From a bacterium (GTDB taxonomy: Bacteria > JADJOY01): a stretch of 64,000 nt of DNA. Position numbers and translations under genes: made by a program. The stretch is taken from positions 1 through 64,000 of the forward strand of contig JAXLQJ010000042.1 of assembly GCA_046331705.1 (NCBI GenBank). Direction: 5' to 3'. The notes beneath the pieces are model-generated. The model had not been told where the DNA came from, ran no database searches, and was given only the letters and a program-made list of their open reading frames with translations. Position 1 is the first letter of the stretch. Each line of letters starts with the position of its first letter. Shown in pieces: positions 57,322-64,000 of the stretch.

Positions 57322-57721
57322 GGAGCCACCGAGGAGAGCACGAGGCCTGCGGCGAGCTCGTCGATTCGCGCGCCACGCCCGGGCAGCGCGTCGCGCCCTT
57401 CGACGCCGCCCACGGCCCTCGAGCGCCGGTCTCCGATCGCCATGCCGTTCTCTTCCCGACACCGGTGGGACAGCGGGACCAACGCCTCGGGGCCGTCGAA
57501 ACCGGACGCCACGCGCACGTTGCCGCTCGTGTTGCCGATCCGCGTGGCGAGCCGCCGCCGTCCGAGATCCGGCGGGCAGCCGGTGAACGCCGGACCGACG
57601 CGCCCGCGCACGCCAGCCGTTTCCCGCGTTTCGATGCGCACCGGCGGCCCCACGTCTCGCGTCGCGAGCGTGGCGCCCGGGCCCTCGAGCGGCAAGACGC
57701 CTCGCGACCCGCCGAGCGCGC

Positions 57722-58852
57722 TCAGCTCGTGAGGCGCGCGATGTGCGCGATGCGCGCGCCGCCGTCGCGTGCGAAGAGATGGATCCGCGACGAATCGAGC
57801 GCGAGCCGCGCAGACGCGCCCGCGACGAGGTCGCGCATGCCCGGAGCGCGCGCGATCAGGCGCAGCCCCGGGGCAGAGCCGTTCGCCGCCACCAGCGTCG
57901 CGTGGACCAAGGTCTCGTGCCCGAGATTCTCGACGTGCTCGACCGTCGCCGCCAGGCCCTCGCCCTCCGTCACGCGCACGTCCTCCGGCCGAATGCCGGC
58001 GATCACGCTCGCGCCCAGCGCCGCCCGCAGCGCCTCGTCCCCCGCGAGCGGCGGCGGCAGACGCAATCGCTCGCCGCCGAGCACGATCGCGAGCCCATCC
58101 GCGCTCGCCTCGAGCGTGGTCGCGAACAGGTTCATGGGCGGGTTGCCGATGAAACCGGCGACGAACGCATTCGCCGGCGCCGCGTAGAGCTCGCGCGGAG
58201 TGGCCACCTGCTGCAACCGCCCCCGCTCCAGCACGGCCACCCGATCGCCGAGCGTCATCGCCTCCACCTGATCGTGGGTGACGTAGACCATCGTGGTGCG
58301 CATGCGACGCTGGAGTGACTTGATCTCGGCGCGCACTTGCACGCGCAGTCGCGCATCCAGGTTGGAGAGCGGCTCGTCGAGGAGCGACACCGATGGCTCA
58401 CGCACCAGCGCGCGCCCCATCGCCACCCGCTGCCGCTCGCCCCCGGAGAGCTGCTTGGGCAGCCGGTCGAGCCACGGCTCGATCTCGAGCGCGCGCGCGA
58501 TCGCGCTCACGCGCCTGCCGATCTCGTCCTTCGGCATGCGCCGCATCTGCAGCGGAAAGCCGAGGTTCTCCCGCGCGGTCAAGTGCGGGTAGAGCGCGTA
58601 GTCCTGGAACACCATCGCCACGTTGCGCGCCTGCGGCGAGTCGCGGTCGACGATCCGGTCGTCGATCCGCACGTGCCCGCCCGTCGCCGTCTCGAGGCCC
58701 GCGATCACCCGGAGCGCCGTCGACTTGCCGCAGCCCGACGGCCCGACCAGCACCAAGAGCTCGCCGTCCGCGACGGTGAGGCAGACGTCCACGAGCGCCT
58801 GGCGTCCCGTGGAATACGTCTTTTCAAGGTGCTCGAGCGTGAGCGTGGCCAC
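57722..58852 (-). CDS. sugar ABC transporter ATP-binding protein (MalK/MsiK/UgpC type)
   Basis: GPSGCGKST, LSGGERQR, LLDEPLSNLD, YVTHDQ and a TOBE-like C-terminus. AGGAG SD. Confidence 0.95.
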   Translation of the reverse strand: MATLTLEHLEKTYSTGRQALVDVCLTVADGELLVLVGPSGCGKSTALRVIAGLETATGGHVRIDDRIVDRDSPQARNVAMVFQDYALYPHLTARENLGFPLQMRRMPKDEIGRRVSAIARALEIEPWLDRLPKQLSGGERQRVAMGRALVREPSVSLLDEPLSNLDARLRVQVRAEIKSLQRRMRTTMVYVTHDQVEAMTLGDRVAVLERGRLQQVATPRELYAAPANAFVAGFIGNPPMNLFATTLEASADGLAIVLGGERLRLPPPLAGDEALRAALGASVIAGIRPEDVRVTEGEGLAATVEHVENLGHETLVHATLVAANGSAPGLRLIARAPGMRDLVAGASARLALDSSRIHLFARDGGARIAHIARLTS

Positions 58853-58870
58853 GGCGCTCCTGCGTGCGAC

Positions 58871-60439
58871 TCAGTCGAAGAAGCGCTCGGCGGCGATCGT
58901 GGGCAGTGCACCCGCCACGATCGGATCGGATTCGAAGAGCCGCTGGATGCGGTGATCGGCGAGGTGGTTCGCGAGAGCCACGAAGATCATCGCTTGGTCG
59001 AGCGTGAGGTAGGTGGTCGCGACCGCGCCGGTGGTGGGATCGACCGCGTCGAAGAACCCCCACTCTCCGTAGACCGGGTAGTGCGCGGCCAGCGCTTGCA
59101 GGTTCGTGAGCGCGCGCTCGGGGTCGACCGCCACCGCGAGCGCCGCCGCGTGCGGCGTCACCGCGCCCACGCCGTAGCCGATCGCGCCGAGGGGCTTCAC
59201 GCCGTACTCGCCGTACTCGCGCGTGCCGGGCTTGCTGCTCGGCGACATCCCCCAGACCGGATAGCCGAGCTGCTCGGAGGCGAAGCGTCGCTGCACCTCG
59301 ACGTGCGCGGCGTCGTTGGCGCCCAGGCTCGCCGGGAAGAGCCGTGGCTCGTCCACGACCAGCGTCGGCATGAGCGCCTCGAACATGCTGCCGCCCCACG
59401 AGGGCACGTACCGCACGCCGCCCCACTCGTACCAACCGCCGAAGTAGCGGGTGTCGACGTCGGTCTTCTCGCGGCGCCCGCGCGGCGGCTGCGACTGCCA
59501 GCCGCAGCTCTCGTGGAAGGTGCGGATCATCCGGTACCAGTGCTCCGCAGGGGCCTGGCCGCGGCCGATGGCGATGAGGCTGCCGAGACGAGACTCCGCG
59601 TAGAGCACTCCGTAGTGGTAGCGCGAGCGCTGGGCGCGCTGAACGAAGTAGCCGTGCGTCATGCGCCCGAGCTTCCGATCGTAGAAGAATCCGTAGTCCA
59701 TCGCGTCGATCAGCGCGGTGGCGCGAGCGCTCAGCTCGGGATGGCGGTTCCGCACCACCACCAGCCCGGCGATGAGCCACGACGAATCGACGAACGAGAG
59801 CAGATTGCTGGTTCGCTCCAGCGAGGTGGTGTCGTAGTAGTTGAAGAAGAACCCGTGATCGCGCTCCAGGGCGTCGAGGGTGTGGAAGAGGAGCGAGAGC
59901 CGCTTCGAGGCACCGGGCTCGTCGACGAGCCCCAGCTCCTCCGCGGCCACGATCGAGAGCATGCGAAGACCCACGTTGGTGACGTTGGCGTAGTCGCCGA
60001 CCACGCCGCCAACCGCGCCCTCCGCTGCCGCGCCGTCCAGGTGGACGTGGTCCACGGGCAGACCGTTCTCGCGATCGTGGAGTGCATCGAGGCCGCGCCA
60101 GGTATCCGCCGCCACCCGGCGTGCGAACGCCTCTGGCTCGACTGGCAACGTCGCGCGGTCCACGTGGAGCTGGGAGGGCCAACCGTTCATGCGCGCGCGA
60201 ACGAACGGCCGCGCGGCCAGCTGACCGCCGTGAGCGGCTTCCCACGCCTTCTTCCGGGGTGCTTCGACGATCTCGAGAAGCGCGGGCTCGGCGTGACCGC
60301 CTTCGACCTCGCGCCCCAGCTCGCACACCTCGTCCCCCGTCCAGAGCGCGTGCCAGCGCGCGCATCCCGCGCCGAGCGCGAGCGCGACGAGACACGCGGG
60401 GACGACGAGGCCGCCGAGGCGGTGCGAGCGCGCGCTCAT
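58871..60439 (-). CDS. GH144/GH189-like ('glucoamylase family'/DUF3131) beta-1,2-glucan-active lipoprotein
   Basis: LGAGC lipobox. TNVG, GFF.NYY, S.VDS.WL, HY..L.AESRL.S.IAI, HW, SWGGSMFEALMP, WG.S, VTPHAA, GFFDAVD and LDQ.M motifs shared with the Cgs middle domain. Confidence 0.8.
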   Translation of the reverse strand: MSARSHRLGGLVVPACLVALALGAGCARWHALWTGDEVCELGREVEGGHAEPALLEIVEAPRKKAWEAAHGGQLAARPFVRARMNGWPSQLHVDRATLPVEPEAFARRVAADTWRGLDALHDRENGLPVDHVHLDGAAAEGAVGGVVGDYANVTNVGLRMLSIVAAEELGLVDEPGASKRLSLLFHTLDALERDHGFFFNYYDTTSLERTSNLLSFVDSSWLIAGLVVVRNRHPELSARATALIDAMDYGFFYDRKLGRMTHGYFVQRAQRSRYHYGVLYAESRLGSLIAIGRGQAPAEHWYRMIRTFHESCGWQSQPPRGRREKTDVDTRYFGGWYEWGGVRYVPSWGGSMFEALMPTLVVDEPRLFPASLGANDAAHVEVQRRFASEQLGYPVWGMSPSSKPGTREYGEYGVKPLGAIGYGVGAVTPHAAALAVAVDPERALTNLQALAAHYPVYGEWGFFDAVDPTTGAVATTYLTLDQAMIFVALANHLADHRIQRLFESDPIVAGALPTIAAERFFD

Positions 60440-60754
60440 GGCGCGCAGACGATCGTGGCGATCACCGCCGCTGTCAAGACTCGGCGAGCGTGCGCCCGCG
60501 ACGCGGGCTGGCGTTTGGGTCCCAGACGGCGCGAGCTCCGTCGATCCCGCGCGTTCCCCGCGCCAGCGGCACCTCTGGCAGTCCCGCGCATCCCGAAAAC
60601 CCGGCGGCGGGTCGCCGAGGGTGTCGGGGCGGTGCTCGGGGCGGTGCCGTCCGCGTGCGTACTGGGTGAATCGTGCCCGGGCGCTGACAGAACGCTGACA
60701 ATCGAGAGCAATCGTGAGTCACGGTCCCGATGAGCCCCCATCCAAGGCGGTGAC

Positions 60755-61402
60755 ATGACTGTCCATCCCATCCGGCCAGAACCACCCCCACACCGCCAAG
60801 CGCATGGCCCCATCGCGCGCAACATCGGGCGACTCTGGCTGCGGGCCTTCGGCTTCCGCGTCGCCGGACGCCGTCCGCCGGTCGAGAAATACGTGCTCAT
60901 CTGCGCGCCCCATACCTCGAACTGGGACGCGTTCTTCATGCTGGCCATGTCGTTCGTCCTCGACATGAAGCTGAGCTGGATGGTGAAGGACACGATCGTG
61001 AAGGGTGCGTTCGGCTGGTTCCTCCGCAAGCTCGGAGCGCTGCCGATCAATCGGCGCTCGCCCCAGAACATGGTGGATCAGATGGCGGAGGCCTTCGCCA
61101 AGACCGACGAGCTGGTGCTCGCCGTGCCCCCCGAGGGAACCCGCAAGCGGACCGACTACTGGAAGAGCGGCTTCTATTACATCGCGCTCAAGGCGGGCGT
61201 TCCGATCGTGCCATCGGTCCTCGACTACGGCCGCAAGATCGGCACGGTGCTGCCGCCATTCACGCCGAGCGGCGACATCGACGCCGACATGAAGATGCTC
61301 GCCGAGATCTACCAGGGCTCGATGGCCAAGGTCCCCGCCAAGTTCGGGCCCGTGGCCGTGCGCGCCGCCAACGACGAAGCGCTGCGCGCCGCAGCCGGCT
61401 GA
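60755..61402 (+). CDS. PlsC-family lysophospholipid acyltransferase
   Basis: PHTSNWD (HX4D), PEGTR and WKSGFY motifs. Confidence 0.9.
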   Translation: MTVHPIRPEPPPHRQAHGPIARNIGRLWLRAFGFRVAGRRPPVEKYVLICAPHTSNWDAFFMLAMSFVLDMKLSWMVKDTIVKGAFGWFLRKLGALPINRRSPQNMVDQMAEAFAKTDELVLAVPPEGTRKRTDYWKSGFYYIALKAGVPIVPSVLDYGRKIGTVLPPFTPSGDIDADMKMLAEIYQGSMAKVPAKFGPVAVRAANDEALRAAAG

Positions 61403-61408
61403 GCGGAC

Positions 61409-62107
<699 letters not shown>

Positions 62108-62180
62108 GATCGCCTCCCCTCGGCCCGCGTCGCGGCTGATCGCGACGTGGCTCGCCAAGGTAGGTCCGCGAAGCCTGAAG

Positions 62181-63380
62181 TCAATTCGAGCGTCCACGGC
62201 GCTCGCGACTCCACTCGAGCCATCGATCGGTCGAACGCTCGACCGCGTGCTCGACCGCGACCGATCCCGCCACCACCAGCGCGACCACGCCACTCGCCGC
62301 GAGCACGAACGTACCGGTCGGAAGCACGCGCATCCGCCCACCCGCGTACATCACGAACGGCAGGTGCAAGAGATAGATCCCGTACGAGTACTTGCCGAGG
62401 AACGCGAAGCATCGTCGAGCGACGAGGCCGCCCTCGAGCCATCGCGCCAGGTTCACCAGCACGACGAAGAGCCCGATTCCCACCAGTGCGTTGGTGAAGC
62501 AATAGCCGGCCGTCGATCGATAGCTCACGATCCCGACCTGGTGGGCGAGCAATCCCGCGACCACCACCGGCCAACGGAAGAGGCGCGCCTCGACCGCCAG
62601 CCCGTCCCGACGGTGGGCGATCCCGAGCGCCATGCCGAACGTGAACTCCGCCATCCGCCCCGCGAAGAGCGCGCCCTCCGCCCAGTGGTTGCTGATCGCC
62701 CAGCCGGCGAAGAGCGCCGCGCGCACCGCGGCGGTGCCGAGCACGCCGAACACGACCAGCCCGGTGGGACCGAGCCGCCGCGCCAGCCACCACAGCGCGG
62801 GAAAGACCAGATAGAGCTCGATCAAGAGCGTCAGGTACCACCACGCCGGATTGAGGTAGTGGTGGATGGTCTCGATGGGCCAGATGCGCAGCCCCGTGAG
62901 GCTCACGAGCAAGCGCAGATCGATCGCTTCGTGCGGGCGCGCGAACGCCGCTGCCAGCACGATCGCGTGCGCGACCCAATAGAGCGGAAAGAGCCGAAGC
63001 AGCCGCCGGCGATACCACTCAGCCCAGCCCGCCTGCGGCCCAGGGCTGTCGCCGAGCGCCCGCGCGAGACCGAATCCCGCCACCACCAAGAACACGCCCA
63101 CGGCGTGGAAGCCGAGCAATACGAGGCTCGCGAGCAGGCCGCGCCCCCAGCACGCGACTCGCGCGAGCCCGAAGACACCCGCCGCATCCGCGCACGAAGC
63201 ACCGAGCTGCCCCAGGTAACCGGCCGCGAGCGGATCGACGGTGCCCGTGCGCCGCGCCTCCAGAACCAGATGGAAGTACGTGATCCACAGGATGGAGAGC
63301 CCTTTGACGACGTCCACCCACGCGAGTCGCGGCGCCGCGCGGGCGCGCGTGACGCGAGCGGCGTCGTCCGACGTCGACAC
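62181..63380 (-). CDS. acyltransferase-3 (OafA/OpgC-type) membrane O-acyltransferase
   Basis: R..W.D..KG.SIL...H, V.VF.V..GF, RR..RL.P.YW, WWY....ELY..FP and G..SY.IYL.H.P. Confidence 0.88.
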   Translation of the reverse strand: MSTSDDAARVTRARAAPRLAWVDVVKGLSILWITYFHLVLEARRTGTVDPLAAGYLGQLGASCADAAGVFGLARVACWGRGLLASLVLLGFHAVGVFLVVAGFGLARALGDSPGPQAGWAEWYRRRLLRLFPLYWVAHAIVLAAAFARPHEAIDLRLLVSLTGLRIWPIETIHHYLNPAWWYLTLLIELYLVFPALWWLARRLGPTGLVVFGVLGTAAVRAALFAGWAISNHWAEGALFAGRMAEFTFGMALGIAHRRDGLAVEARLFRWPVVVAGLLAHQVGIVSYRSTAGYCFTNALVGIGLFVVLVNLARWLEGGLVARRCFAFLGKYSYGIYLLHLPFVMYAGGRMRVLPTGTFVLAASGVVALVVAGSVAVEHAVERSTDRWLEWSRERRGRSN

Positions 63381-63384
63381 CGGT

Positions 63385-64000
63385 TCAGGTGCGATTCAGC
63401 CGGTGGTAGAGCGCGCGGGTGCGGCCATAGAACCGCACGAAGACGTCGAAGAGCTCGTCGTAGAGCGCACGGGTGGCGGGATTCGGTCGGAACGTCGCGT
63501 CGATGGGTACCAGCCCGGGGATGTCTTCGAAGCGGATCCAGCCGAGCCCGATCGAAGCGAGGAATGCCGCGCCCCGGGCATTCGCCTGGCGCGGATCCTT
63601 CGCCACCAGGATCTCGCGATCGAGCACGTCCGCGAAGATCTGGCACCACAGCGGCGACATGGCGCCGCCGCCGATCAACCGCAACGGTTGCAGCGGTCGC
63701 CCCACGAACTTCTCGACGTAGCCGAGGCTCCAGCGCGTGTTGTACGCGACACCCTCGAGCACCGCGCGCACCATGTCCTCGAGCGTCGTGGTGGTCGAGA
63801 GGTTGTGGAAGCCGCCGCGCACGTGGATGTCGTCGACCGGCGTGCGCTCGCCGTTGAGCCAGGGCGTGAAGATGACCTGGTGACTGCCCGCTGGCACCGT
63901 GCTGGCGATCTCGTTCACCAGCGCGTAGGGATCGCTCGGCGTGGGGATGCCCGTGAGCGCATGGCGCCGGAACAGGATGTTCTCGGCCAGGAACGCAAGC
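63385..64000 (-). CDS. FGGY-family carbohydrate kinase (xylulokinase-like), 5' end beyond window
   Basis: PWLNGERTP, RAVLEGVA, GGGA.S.LW.QI.ADVL and ARGAA. Frame is open to the window edge. Confidence 0.9.
   Translation of the reverse strand, partial: LAFLAENILFRRHALTGIPTPSDPYALVNEIASTVPAGSHQVIFTPWLNGERTPVDDIHVRGGFHNLSTTTTLEDMVRAVLEGVAYNTRWSLGYVEKFVGRPLQPLRLIGGGAMSPLWCQIFADVLDREILVAKDPRQANARGAAFLASIGLGWIRFEDIPGLVPIDATFRPNPATRALYDELFDVFVRFYGRTRALYHRLNRT

Overview
This is a very GC-rich (roughly 70% by eye) bacterial chromosomal segment from a diderm organism (FadL-type outer-membrane proteins, OpgGH, a chemoreceptor). A Myxococcota/deltaproteobacteria-like origin is an inference only. Two systems dominate. 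(1) About 2.9-29.9 kb holds an actinobacterial-style sterol side-chain catabolism cluster: acyl-CoA dehydrogenase, CYP125/142-like P450, EchA19, thioesterase, FadD19, Ltp3/Ltp4, two DUF35 proteins, an aldehyde dehydrogenase, two KshA/Neverland-like Rieske oxygenases, two tandem FadL-like transporters and a GbsR/MarR regulator. Its two divergent promoter regions carry four exact copies of the KstR operator consensus TnnAACnnGTTnnA. (2) About 34.7-63.4 kb holds a beta-1,2-glucan synthesis, uptake and recycling locus: GH1, OpgG, OpgH, a sugar ABC transporter, an unclassified CBM/discoidin-(alpha/alpha)6 enzyme, a GH94 NdvB-like phosphorylase, a stand-alone GH144/GH189-like lipoprotein and an AT3 acyltransferase. 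Together these resemble a cyclic-glucan synthase taken apart into separate genes. Housekeeping and signalling genes (aroA, yhbY, MCP, GGDEF-EAL, pirin, PlsC-like) are interspersed. Clusters of single-base frameshifts at 7.4 kb and 52-54 kb are probably sequencing indels. I saw no rRNA, tRNA, CRISPR array or mobile element. All family calls come from motif recognition, not database searches.
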